Shown piece after piece: positions 41,818-52,717 of a DNA stretch of 64,000 bases. The DNA is taken from positions 64,001-128,000 of the forward strand of contig CAXXNO010000011.1 in the NCBI GenBank assembly GCA_963663235.2. Direction: 5' to 3'. Each line of letters begins with the position of its first letter. Positions within the stretch are counted from its first letter, which is position 1. The position numbers and the translations under genes were made by a program. This DNA comes from Dehalococcoidia bacterium. Its GTDB lineage: Bacteria; Chloroflexota; Dehalococcoidia; Bin125. The notes beneath the pieces are model-generated. The model saw nothing but the letters and a program-made list of their open reading frames with translations, searched no databases and was not told where the DNA came from.

Positions 41818-42729
41818 ATGCCCGACTACACGTACGAAAAGTGTCTCGCGAACTCGTATCGGATCAACTGGCGCATTGAGGACGTCATCGGCGGTCAGCG
41901 GTTCGACCCCTCGCGGCGCTGGCTGCCCGCGCAATTGTCCGGCGCCGACGCGATCGGCTGCCTCAACGAGGCAGAGAAGACGAAGCTCACCCACGTGGAA
42001 ATGGGCGCGTACGCGCACCTGTTCGGATTCGTGGAGGAGTTCATCTCGCCGACGATTCTGCGCTTGGCGGGCGAATTTGAAGTCGACCAGCGGCCTGCCT
42101 TCGACGCGCTGACGAATTTCGCGTCCGAAGAGGTCAAGCACATGACCCTCTTCCGGGAGGTCCGGTCGCTGGTGAACGAAGCGATCGGGTTCCCGGCCAC
42201 CCTGCTGGGCGACGAGAAGGCCGTCGCTCACTTGGTGATGAGCAAGCACATCGGCGCCGTGCTGTTGCTGATATCGGTGATCGAGTGGTTCACCCAGCTG
42301 CATTATCTATCGGGCTTCAAGGACGACGAGAGCCTCGATCCCTTCACGAAGCGGATCTTCCGCGCGCACTGGCAAGAGGAGTCGCAGCACGCGCAGCTCG
42401 ACTACCTAGAAACGGTGCGCAAGTTCGCCGCGATGACGTCCGCAGAGAAGGACCAGGCGATTGACGATCTGATCGAACTGGTGGGGGCGGTCGATGGGCT
42501 CCTGCAGCAGCAGACCGCCCATGACGTCGACAACCTGGCGCGCTACCTGGACCGGAGCTTCACGGAGGCCGAGCGCGAGGAAGTGGCGACCAGCGTGCTC
42601 AAGGCCAAGCGCTACACTTTCATCGAGAGCGGCGTGACGCACCCGAACTTCCAGCTGGTCTTCACCGAGGTCACCAACGAGGCGCAGCGCGAGAAGGTGG
42701 GAGCCGCGCTGGGGGCGCTGCTGGGCTAG
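41818..42729 (+). CDS. Ferritin-like diiron protein (AurF-like)
   Basis: Two EExxH motifs (EEVKH, EESQH) plus additional Glu ligands. Confidence 0.7.
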   Translation: MPDYTYEKCLANSYRINWRIEDVIGGQRFDPSRRWLPAQLSGADAIGCLNEAEKTKLTHVEMGAYAHLFGFVEEFISPTILRLAGEFEVDQRPAFDALTNFASEEVKHMTLFREVRSLVNEAIGFPATLLGDEKAVAHLVMSKHIGAVLLLISVIEWFTQLHYLSGFKDDESLDPFTKRIFRAHWQEESQHAQLDYLETVRKFAAMTSAEKDQAIDDLIELVGAVDGLLQQQTAHDVDNLARYLDRSFTEAEREEVATSVLKAKRYTFIESGVTHPNFQLVFTEVTNEAQREKVGAALGALLG

Positions 42730-42801
42730 GCGGCGCCAAGCCGCGAGGGAGCTGGCTCGCGATGGTCATGCTCCAGGGTGTGACTGCGCGTTCATTACCG
42801 C

Positions 42802-43811
42802 TTATTTGATCGCCACGACCATGGATTCGGGGCCGGCCAGCGGCTCGACGCGCGCCTCGCGGAAGCCGGCGGCGCGGAGCCAGCGGCAACAGTCGGCGCC
42901 CGTGTAGTCGAAGCCCCCGGGGGTCTCGATGAGCATGTTGAGGCTCATCAGCAGCCCGAAGGCGTTGTGGCGGCGGTCGTCGTCGATTATGGCGTCGTAG
43001 ACGATGAGCGCGCCGCCGTCGGGGAGTGCGCCGTAGGCCTTCTCGATCAGCAGGCGCTTCTCGTCCAGGTTCCAGCCGTGCAGGATGTGGCCCATCACCA
43101 AGACGTCCGCGTTGGGCAAGGGGTCTTGAAAGAAATCGCCCGGGTAGAAGCGCAGGCGCTGGGCGAGGCCGGCCGCCTGGACGTACTCCTGGAAGAGCGG
43201 TGCGACGACGGGGAGGTCTAAGCCGCCGCCGGTGAGGTGCGGATGCCGCTGCGCGATGTGGACGGGCAGGGCGCCTTGCGCGGCGCCGATATCGATGAAG
43301 GTCTTGTAGCGGTCCCACGGGAAGCGCTCGGCCATGGCGGCGGCCGCGCCCAGGGAGATCCCGGTCATGGCTTGCAGGAATTGTCGCAGGCGAGCGGGGT
43401 CGGCGTAGATGGCGGTGAAGGGGTCGTCGCCGTGTTTGCTTTCGTTCTGGGGCGTGCCCGATCGCAGCGCTTCCGTCAGGGCGCCCCAGAACGAGTACGT
43501 GCGGGCGTTCGCCATCTCCAGGAGGCCGCCGACGTAGGAGGGCTTGGCGGGGTCCAGGAAGAGGTCGGTCTCGGGGGTGTTGCGATAGCGGTCGCCGTCG
43601 CGGTCGAGCATGCCCAGGGCAACGAGGGCGTCGAGGAAGTCGGGTGCGCCGCGTTCGTGCAGGCCGAGCCGATCGCGGATCGCTTTTGGTCGAGGGGGCC
43701 CTGGGCGAGCGCGCTGAAGAGGCCGAGCTCGACGGCCGAGAGGAGCGTCTTGGAGCCCCAGAACGCCATGCCAATTTGCAGGATGTGGTCGGGAGCGAGT
43801 TGGGGCGTCAT
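42802..43811 (-). pseudogene. SAM-dependent O-methyltransferase (dimerisation + Methyltransf_2), frameshifted near 43685
   Basis: N-terminus [32 protein letters not shown] in one frame; DIGAAQG, GDFF and GHILH in another; the break falls in an A4 run. Confidence 0.8.
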
Positions 43812-43984
43812 GAGCCGTTCCTCCTGTGCGGGATTCCGGGTTGCGGCAACTGGATGGCGCGATGAGGCTACGATCCATCGCACGGCTCGTCTAGGCTGGC
43901 GGCTGCGGGCGCGCCTTTGGGGCCCGGGTGACCCGATGTGACGCGGAGCCGGTCGGGGCGGCGGGACCGCGGAGTGGAGGCATC

Positions 43985-44455
43985 GTGCGAGTGACGGCCA
44001 GCAGGATGATCGAGGCGACGACGGCCGACGTGTTCGCGCTGGTGGCGGAGATAGAGGGGTACGCGGCGTGGCTGCCGGGGACGGTGGAGGCGGAGCGGGT
44101 GGCGGAGGAGAGCGGAGAGGTGGGCGCGGTCTACCGTGTGGTCGAGAAGCAGGGCTGGCGCCGGGTGACGCAGCGGCTGGAGGTGGTGGAGACAGAGGCG
44201 CCGCGACGGCTGGTGGTGGAGTCGAGGCCCTTCGACTTCGCTCAGGACAGGCCGTGGCGGGGTGGAGAGTCGGCGCAGTGGATCTGGGACTTCTGGCCGG
44301 CGGGGGAGGGGTCGACGCGGGTGACGCTGGTGGGGGAGGCGCAGCTGCCGCGGGCGCTGCGGTTGGCGGGGCCGGTGGTGCGTCGACTGGCGGGGTGGAT
44401 GCTGGGGAGGTACCTGCGGCGGTTGGAGAAGGCGGTGAAGGAGACGTCGCGATGA
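43985..44455 (+). CDS. SRPBCC family protein carrying an in-frame 24-nt REP-like insert
   Basis: IEAT..DVFALVA....Y..WLPG; GSTRVTL; GGAGG RBS. Confidence 0.75.
   Translation: MRVTASRMIEATTADVFALVAEIEGYAAWLPGTVEAERVAEESGEVGAVYRVVEKQGWRRVTQRLEVVETEAPRRLVVESRPFDFAQDRPWRGGESAQWIWDFWPAGEGSTRVTLVGEAQLPRALRLAGPVVRRLAGWMLGRYLRRLEKAVKETSR
44230..44253 (+). repeat. REP-like unit CTTCGACTTCGCTCAGGACAGGCC
   Basis: Bounded by a direct repeat AGGCC (44225-44229 and 44249-44253); related unit at 53190. Confidence 0.7.
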
Positions 44456-44531
44456 TCGGGAACGTCAAGACGGCCGCGCCGAGGCCGGCCGTTTGCGCTA
44501 TCCTGCCGCCGTCGTGAAACGGAGGTGGCGT

Positions 44532-44896
44532 GTGCGCCGCTTTGGCCTGATTGCGTTGGCGTTGGTGACCGTCGCGCTCGTCGCGGCCTGCTCGGATGGT
44601 GACGACGGCGGGGACGGGGATCTCGACGCGCGGATCCAGGGTCTCGAAGAGCGACTCGGCGTCGTCGAGGGCCAGGGAGCCGAGATCGGCGCGCTGATCG
44701 TCTTGGGGTACGGCCTGGAGCCGATGGGCGTGGACGCGGGCGCGCCCATCGGCAGTGGTGCGTTCGCTACCGCGCGTTCGGTGGAGTAGAAGAGACTTGC
44801 TTTTTTGACGCCCCCGTCTGCGAGCGCGAGGTGCACATCGGCCGGGTGCTTCCCGACAACTGTCTCAACCCGAGCACGGCCGCGGGCGACGATTGA
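44532..44896 (+). pseudogene. Small lipoprotein, frameshifted near 44745
   Basis: Lipobox LVAAC; a Cys-containing continuation [25 protein letters not shown]... lies in the shifted frame. Confidence 0.45.
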
Positions 44897-44941
44897 GGTT
44901 GACGGGGGCGCTAACCTTTGCTGCGGAGGGGGAGGCAGGGC

Positions 44942-45379
44942 ATGCGCTGGGCGTGGGCGCTAGCGGTTTTCGCGACGGTGGTCATCGCCGCCTGCGGGTA
45001 TGGCGACGACGACGCCGACGAATCGCTCGACGCCGACGAGGCGGCGGTGGTTGTGCGTGTCAACGGGCGGCTGGTGACGGAGCCCGCGCTGAACCGCATC
45101 GTGGACCTGCGCGGCGGTCAATGCTTCAACGATCCGCGAGGCCTTGTGTTCGGGGAGTCTTCCACCCAGCGAATCGAAGTGGTGTCGTGCGACGGGCCCT
45201 GGCAGTACCAGGTGCGGCACTCGTTCACGGTCCCGGCGAGCGGGGGCTATCCGCCGGGCGCGTTCTTCGATGGGGAGCCCCTGCGTTGCGATCGGCGGGT
45301 CACGTTCTTCGTCTTCCCGGTCCCGACACGGTGGGACTTTGGGCACCGGACGGTCGCTTGCCTCCTGGAGCGCCAGTGA
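44942..45379 (+). CDS. Lipoprotein with a septum-formation-like cysteine domain
   Basis: IAAC lipobox; L..GQCFN...VVSCD.P.....V...C...RTVAC pattern. Confidence 0.65.
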   Translation: MRWAWALAVFATVVIAACGYGDDDADESLDADEAAVVVRVNGRLVTEPALNRIVDLRGGQCFNDPRGLVFGESSTQRIEVVSCDGPWQYQVRHSFTVPASGGYPPGAFFDGEPLRCDRRVTFFVFPVPTRWDFGHRTVACLLERQ

Positions 45380-45508
45380 CGCAGGCCTAGCGGTGGGGGT
45401 GTCGCGCGGCGGCGGTGCCCGACTCTTCGTTCGGGATCGCCGTAGGCCGGCGTCGCTGTCCGCGCGTGATCGCCGCCGCCCGTCGTGGGATCTGAGGTCT
45501 CGGCACTG

Positions 45509-45922
45509 ATGACGTCGTTGCTCTGGCTGCTGGGCAAGCTGGTCTTTTTGGCCATCCTGCCATTGCACGCTGTCTGGCTGCTGGCGACGGCGATCCAGGC
45601 CCGCGTTCGCTCCATGGAGAGCCTGGAGCGGAAGCACGCGGCGCTGGAGCAGCGGCTGGCCGCGGCCGTCGAGCAGCTGGGGGAGCTGGGGCTCGCGCAG
45701 GACCTGCCGCTGGAGTCGTCGGACCGGCGCGGGCGCCGCTTGAAAGGGTTGCTCGAGGAGGCCGGGCGGTTCAGCGATGAGGCGAGGGAGCATCGGGCGT
45801 ACGGGCGGAAGTGGCGCGCGCAGCGGGCGCTGGGGTCGATGAACGTGCGGCTGCTGTGGTTTCAGCAGTTTTCGGCGAAGTACGTGGAGCAGAGGCGGGC
45901 GGGGATCGGGGGTCGGGGGTAG
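45509..45922 (+). CDS. Hypothetical membrane-anchored coiled-coil protein
   Basis: N-terminal TM segment followed by a helical region. Confidence 0.5.
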   Translation: MTSLLWLLGKLVFLAILPLHAVWLLATAIQARVRSMESLERKHAALEQRLAAAVEQLGELGLAQDLPLESSDRRGRRLKGLLEEAGRFSDEAREHRAYGRKWRAQRALGSMNVRLLWFQQFSAKYVEQRRAGIGGRG

Positions 45923-45962
45923 GGGGCGGCGTGCGGCTCGGCCAGAATGTACGGTGGCACTA

Positions 45963-45997
45963 TTGACACTGCATCGGTGGTGGTGGTATTGGTGTCA
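45963..45997 (+). promoter_or_regulatory. hicAB promoter/operator (probably leaderless)
   Basis: TTGACA at 45963, TGnTATTGG, inverted TGACAC...GTGTCA abutting the ATG. Confidence 0.45.
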
Positions 45998-46236
45998 TGG
46001 CTGAGATTGATTTTGGACTGCTGCGCCGACGGGTCAGCGGCCTGACGCAGCGGGAGTTGGTCGGCCTGGCCGTTCGGCTGGGCTGGGAGCATGAGTCGAG
46101 GCGGGGGAAGGGGAGCCACGAGGTGGTGCGCAAGGGCGGCCGGACGCTCACGATCCCGCAGCACCGGAGCAAGGGCACGTAGCTGGCGATCCTGCGCGAC
46201 CTGGAACGGGGAGCGGCGAATGAAGGCGCGGACTAA
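45997..46236 (+). pseudogene. hicA: HicA toxin with in-frame TAG at 46180-46182
   Basis: LGW.....KGSH......G.TLTIPQH...KGT*LAILRDL. Confidence 0.8.
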
Positions 46237-46663
46237 GCAGCGGGTGGCGGAGGTGTTGGCGGCGCCGTATGCGCGGGTGCTGCGTCGGGATGCGGACGGG
46301 GGCTTCGGCGCGGAGGCGCTGGAGTTTCCCGGTTGCTACTCGGCGGGGGCGGACGGGCCGGAGGCGCTGGCGAACCTGGACGAGGCGATGGCGCTGTGGG
46401 TGGCGTCGCAGCTGGAGCAGGGGCAGGAGATCCCGCCGCCGCTGGCCGTGGCGGAGTATTCGGGTCGCGTGACGCTGCGGCTGCCGCCGTCGCTGCACGA
46501 GCGGGCGGCGCTGCTGGCGGCGGCGGAGGGGGTGAGTTTGAACCGCTGGCTGTCGGCGGCGGTGGCGGTGTACGCGGGGGAGCGGGTGGACGTGGGGAGG
46601 GCGCGGGAGGTTGCGCGGGTGGCGGAGGGGGAGGCGGGGTATGGGTCGGGGCGGGGGGAGTGA
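46220..46663 (+). CDS. hicB: HicB antitoxin (RHH type)
   Basis: EFPGCYSAG....EALANL.EA..W...IPPP; YSGRVTLRLPPSLH...EGVSLN. Confidence 0.9.
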   Translation: MKARTKQRVAEVLAAPYARVLRRDADGGFGAEALEFPGCYSAGADGPEALANLDEAMALWVASQLEQGQEIPPPLAVAEYSGRVTLRLPPSLHERAALLAAAEGVSLNRWLSAAVAVYAGERVDVGRAREVARVAEGEAGYGSGRGE

Positions 46664-46769
46664 GGGGGCGGAGAACGTGTGGCTGATGTGGTTTGAGCAT
46701 GTGGTGAGGGGGCGGGAGTGAGGGGTCTGGGGTGAGTTTGCGGACACGGACGGCCCGTATCATTGAATC

Positions 46770-48812
46770 ATGAGCGGGTGGGCATATTTCTCCGACGAAC
46801 ACGGAATCGGGCGGCCCGAGACTGGGCTAGTGCGTGAAGAAGTCCCGGAGCGAGTGAGACATGCGCTTGTCCACTACCTGGGGGACCGAGATGGATTCCG
46901 TCTTTCTGAAATGTGGACATGGATCGTGTATCAGTTGGATTGGAATCCTAACCTGGTGCGCGTGACCTGCCCCCCCAGAACCGGTCCAGATCCTGTGCGA
47001 GGATTCGGGCCGGTGCGAAGGGAGTCGGCATGGCACGCAAGCGGTACGCGGCCGAGGAGATCATCGGCAAACTGCGGGAGGCGGAGGTGGTGCTCGCGCA
47101 GGGGGAATCGGTCGCGCCGGTCGCGCGCCGCCTCGGCGTGGCCGAGCCAACGTATTACCGCTGGCGGCGGGAGGACGGGGGGCTGCGGGTCGACCAGGGG
47201 CCAAGCGGCTGAAAGAACGGGAGCGCGAGAACAGTCGGCTGAAGCGGGTGGTGGCCGATCAGGCGCGGGCCAACGCGATGGTGGGGGACGTCGCAGCGGG
47301 AAACTTCTGCGCCCGGCCCAGCGGCGCCGGGCGACATCCTACCGCACGGACCCGTACGCGGTGTCGGAGCGGCGGGCCTGCCCGGTCACCGGCCAGGCGC
47401 GGGCGACACAGCGCTCCGTGCCCCGGCCGTCCCCGGATGAGCCGGCGCTGATCGCGCGCAGCGTCGCGCTGGCCCCCCGCTGCGGCCGCTACGGCTCCCG
47501 TCGCATCCCGGCCCGGCTGCGCCAGGCGGGCTGGCGGGTGAACCCCAAGCGGGTCGAGCGGCTCTGGCGTCAGGAAGGCTGGCGGGTCCCCGGGAAGCAC
47601 CCCCAACGGGGCCGCCTCTGGCTCGCGGCCGGCGCGCTGGTGCGGCGGCGGGCCGAGCGGCCGTCCCACGGCTGGTCCGACGCCTTCGGCTTCGACCGCA
47701 CCGCCGATGGGCGCCCGGTGCGGATCCTCGCCATCGTGGATGAGGACCACCCGCGAGGGCCTGCGTCTCGACGTCGCCCGCCGACGGCGCCGCGACGACG
47801 GCCTGGCGCGGTTGGCCCAGCTGTTCGTCGAGCGCGGGCCGCCGCCGTTTCTGCGGTCCGCCAACGGCCCGGCGTTCACCGCCACCGCGGTGCGGGACTG
47901 GCTGCACCGGGTCGGGGGCACGACCCGCTTCATCGAACCGGGCAGGCCTTGGGCGAACGGCTCTGGGGAATCGTTCAACGGCAAGCTGCGCGACGCGTGC
48001 CTCAATCGCGAGCGCTTCGACACCCTGCTGGAAGCCCAGATCCTCATCGCGGGCTGGCGGCGGGAGGACAACCCGATCCGCCCCCACCGTGCCCTCGGCT
48101 ACCGCCCCCCCGCCCCGGAAACGCAGCAACCCCGGGAACGTCCCATGACGCTCGTCCCGGCGATCGGACTCACTTAACGACTGGTACAACGATCGGGGGC
48201 AGGTCAGACCTATGGAGCGCCATTTTCTATTACGTGCGTGATAAGAGCAGCTACGGGTTATTTGGCGCGAATGAGTTCCTGAACTTTCTCAACTCGCGAC
48301 TGATTCGACACTACTCTGCGTACCAGATGGACGAGACGGGCCGGATGATTGAGCCAGGTGCTGCGCCTGCGAATGAAGCGATTGCCGAGGCGCGGGCGCT
48401 CCTGGCGGAGGATCGTTTCCGAGGTCCGGATAGGCAATATCAAGAGGCGTTGGAGGCGTTTTACCGACGCCCCGATCCGAACTGTGAAGCGGCTGTTTCG
48501 AATGCAATCAACGCGACCGAGGGCGTTGCGCGCGTCGTCCTTGATAACAGCAACATCAATCTTTCGGATGCGCTGAAGCGAATCCAAGACGAGCGAGACT
48601 TACACCCAGCGCTCTCCGAGAGCATGGTCAGGCTATACGGGTATGCTTCGGACGAGGGCGGCCGACACGGACTGGTCGGAGATCCGAGAGTGGATCGCCC
48701 GATCGCCGAGTTCTGTTTGCACCAGTGCGCAGCGGCAATTGTGTTCTTAGCGCGGCTCTATAGTGCAGAAGTGGTGGAGGGGCCACGGGCATCTGCAAAC
48801 GCTGAGTCATAG
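46770..48812 (+). pseudogene. AbiJ-NTD4/HEPN-like gene interrupted by an IS3 element
   Basis: Host parts 46770-46962 and 48207-48812: FS..HG..., SAYQM, LHPAL...LYGYASDEGGRHG. Confidence 0.7.
46963..48206 (+). mobile_element. IS3-family element, degenerate (OrfA about 47030-47310, OrfB to 48177)
   Basis: TGACCTGCCCCC...GGGGGCAGGTCA terminal IRs; MARKRYAAEEIIGKLREAE OrfA; ESFNGKLRD and RPH..LGY in OrfB; frameshifts; no target duplication seen. Confidence 0.93.
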
Positions 48813-48870
48813 ACTTCCAGGCTCGCGTGTCGCGGCTTTTGATTCCCAGCTGGCTTAGGTGAGTGGGCAT

Positions 48871-49575
48871 TCACGCGTTATGAAGGTCGTCATGTAACGG
48901 GCTTGCGGCCAGCATCCGCAATCTTCTTGCCGAACTCTGCGCGGCGCGCGGCGTCTTTGGCAGGCGCAACGAAATAGAAGTCAAAATGCCGTCCAGCACC
49001 TCGAGCGCCCACTCCGCTTCGCCTGACTCGACTGGAATCACAGCGCCTGAATTGGTCGACTTTTGCGCGTGCGTGGCGAAGTTGCCGATCTCGCGGAGGT
49101 GATGCAGGTTGTCTTTCAGCTGTGAGGGGTTCTTGAGATCGGCGCAGAAGTCATCGATCTGGTCACTTAGATTCTGCTTGTTGTAGCCACCCTTGTCTCG
49201 AAGGACGGTCTGAAGAATGCGGCGAGTGATTGCGGCGCTGCCCATCGCGCTCAGGTCGCGGATGAGTGCCGCTTCTTTGTATTCGGAGTTGTGCGGATCG
49301 GGAACCGCTGGATCGGCGGCGCGCAGCGCTGAGATGCGTGGAATCGCGAAATATTGCCCCGGCACATCAGCGCCTGGCAGAGTGAATTCCGCGCGGACGA
49401 TCAACTGCTCACAATCGTCGCTCGGGCAGAGCATCCAACGGAGGCGTGCGACGACTCGCACGTCTTGCTCGTCGGAGAAAGCCATCTGGATGAGTGGATC
49501 TTGATTCCCGTCCTGCGCGAACAGCAATGGCTTCCACGACTCGTGGATTTCGACGGAGCAGTGCGGACACTTCAC
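48871..49575 (-). CDS. DUF4145 (HEPN-like) protein with N-terminal zinc ribbon; apparent frameshift near the 3' end (48983-48986)
   Basis: MKCPHC; EY.EA......S...SA...RR.LQ; LREIGNFATH. Confidence 0.8.
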   Translation of the reverse strand: MKCPHCSVEIHESWKPLLFAQDGNQDPLIQMAFSDEQDVRVVARLRWMLCPSDDCEQLIVRAEFTLPGADVPGQYFAIPRISALRAADPAVPDPHNSEYKEAALIRDLSAMGSAAITRRILQTVLRDKGGYNKQNLSDQIDDFCADLKNPSQLKDNLHHLREIGNFATHAQKSTNSGAVIPVESGEAEWALEVLDGILTSISLRLPKTPRAAQSSARRLRMLAASPLHDDLHNA

Positions 49576-49630
49576 GCCGTCATTATAGCGGCCGTGGTAA
49601 GCGGGCTAGCCGCGCCAGCGAAGCGCTTAT

Positions 49631-50521
49631 CTACCCGAGGAGGCCGTTCTCCTCGAGGACGGCGAGCATGGTGGCGCCGATCTCGGCGGGGGAGCGGGAG
49701 ATGGTTGCGCCTGCGCGCTTGAGGGTGGCGATCTTGGCGGCGGCGGTGCCGGACTTGCCCTCGATGATGGCGCCGGCGTGGCCCATGCGACGGCCGGGTG
49801 GGGCGGTGGCGCCGGCGATGAAGGCGACCACGGGCTTCTGCATGTGGCGGCGGATGTAGGCGGCGGAGGCCTGCTCGGCGGTGCCGCCGATCTCGCCGAT
49901 GAGGACCACGGCGTCGGTGTCTTTGTCGTTGTTGAAGAGCTCCAGCAGCTCCACCTGCGTGCTGCCGACGATGGGGTCGCCGCCGACGCCGACGCAGGTC
50001 GACTGGCCGATGCCGAGTCGCGTGAGCTGGTCGACCGACTCGTAGACCAGCGTGCCGGAGCGGGAGATCACGCCCACGCGGCCAGGGGCGAAGACGTTGG
50101 CGGGCATGATGCCCACGCGGCAGTTGGCGCCGGGGGTGATGAGGCCGGGGCAGTTGGGGCCGATGAGGCGGCTCTCGCTTCGATCCAGGGCGGCCTTGAC
50201 GCGGATCATGTCGTGGACGGGGACGCCCTCGGTGATGGAGACGATCAGCCGGACGCGGGCGGCGATGTTCTCCAAGAGGGCGTCGGCCGTGCCGAGGGCG
50301 GGCACGAAGATGATGGAGCAGGTTGGCTTGGCGCGGGCCATCGCCTCCCCCACGGTGTCGAAGACGGGGACGCCCTCGAAGGCATCGCCGTGGCGGAAGG
50401 AGGGATGCACCGCGGCGACCACGTTGGTTCCGTAGTCCAGCGAGCGGCGGGTGTGGTTCTGGCCCTCGGCGCCGAGGCCCTGCACGAGCAGGCGGGTGCG
50501 TTTGTCGATGAGGATGCTCAT
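49631..50521 (-). CDS. sucD: Succinyl-CoA synthetase alpha subunit
   Basis: [22 protein letters not shown]. Confidence 0.95.
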   Translation of the reverse strand: MSILIDKRTRLLVQGLGAEGQNHTRRSLDYGTNVVAAVHPSFRHGDAFEGVPVFDTVGEAMARAKPTCSIIFVPALGTADALLENIAARVRLIVSITEGVPVHDMIRVKAALDRSESRLIGPNCPGLITPGANCRVGIMPANVFAPGRVGVISRSGTLVYESVDQLTRLGIGQSTCVGVGGDPIVGSTQVELLELFNNDKDTDAVVLIGEIGGTAEQASAAYIRRHMQKPVVAFIAGATAPPGRRMGHAGAIIEGKSGTAAAKIATLKRAGATISRSPAEIGATMLAVLEENGLLG

Positions 50522-50558
50522 GGCGTCGTTCGTTTCGTGTCGGTGAGAGTGCGAGCGG

Positions 50559-51818
<1,260 letters not shown>

Positions 51819-51989
51819 CGTTGAAGTGCTCCAGGGGCTTGGGGGATCATCGGGCCCGCTGGACGATACCGGCAAGGGAGAGCAGCGGCAAGTCTGGCCC
51901 GGCGACCGGCTCCGCAGCGGCCGGGACGGGCGGACAGTCGCTAAGATCGCGGTAGTGCCAAGCGAGCGGAGGGCGCAAGGGGCGTGGGG

Positions 51990-52697
51990 ATGCGGAGCGC
52001 GCTGCGATCCATCGTCGGGGGCGTGATCGTAGGGGGCGCGGCGCTGCTGGTGGCGTCGCCGGAGGTCGCGGCGCAGGACACTGGCTGTCCTGCCGCCGAC
52101 CGATTCCCGGCCGGCTTCGACTTTTCTTTAATCGGCAATAGCCACGCGCCGGTGGGCGTGGAGTGGGCGGCGTGGCTGCAGGGGCTCGTGCAGGAAGGGT
52201 GCGTCTTGCCGCCCGCGCCGGGGCAGATCCACGTGATCAAGGCGACGGACACGCTGGAATCGATCGGAGAGCAGTATGGGCTGAGCGGCGAAGAGTTGGT
52301 GGAGCTGAACCCGCGGCTGAATAATCTGATGCTGGGGCAGCAAGGCGCGCCGCTGTTTCTCACGGAGGACTACCTGGTGGTGGGCAACGTTCTCTATCTC
52401 GCCAAGGCCCCGCCGGTGGCCGTCGAGCCTTCGGCGACCTCGACGGCATTGGGCATCGAGGAAGAGGAGAGCGCGCCCGACCAGCAGCAGGAGAGCCCGC
52501 CGGACGAGGAGGCCGCGGAACCCGCGCCGCCCGTGCCCGCCGACGACGAGGCCAACGATACGAACGCGGTAATCGCGGTCGGGGTGGCCTTGGGGTTGCT
52601 GGGGTTGGTGATCTGGTTGGGGCGACGGATCGCGATCCGGGCGCCGAGACCGCCGCCGGGCGGGGGGCCGCCGCCCACGGATCGCTGGCGGCGGTAG
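51990..52697 (+). CDS. Secreted LysM protein with C-terminal TM anchor
   Basis: Signal peptide; HVIKATDTLESIGEQYGLSGEELVELNP LysM; acidic linker; TM segment and basic tail. Confidence 0.75.
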   Translation: MRSALRSIVGGVIVGGAALLVASPEVAAQDTGCPAADRFPAGFDFSLIGNSHAPVGVEWAAWLQGLVQEGCVLPPAPGQIHVIKATDTLESIGEQYGLSGEELVELNPRLNNLMLGQQGAPLFLTEDYLVVGNVLYLAKAPPVAVEPSATSTALGIEEEESAPDQQQESPPDEEAAEPAPPVPADDEANDTNAVIAVGVALGLLGLVIWLGRRIAIRAPRPPPGGGPPPTDRWRR

Positions 52698-52717
52698 CCC
52701 TGGGGTATCATTCCGGC

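Noticed and set aside
43684-43687. Programmed frameshift in the O-methyltransferase
   Set aside because: It is one missing base in a short A run with no slippery heptamer; the same pattern occurs at 48983-48986, so a homopolymer sequencing error or simple mutation is more likely.
43980-46740. Very G-rich plus-strand stretches
   Set aside because: These are explained by G-ending codons and strand skew; no discrete repeat structure was seen.
48983-48986. Novel C-terminus of the DUF4145 protein
   Set aside because: Adding one T restores a typical ending (GIFDFYFVAPAK...), so this is probably an indel error.
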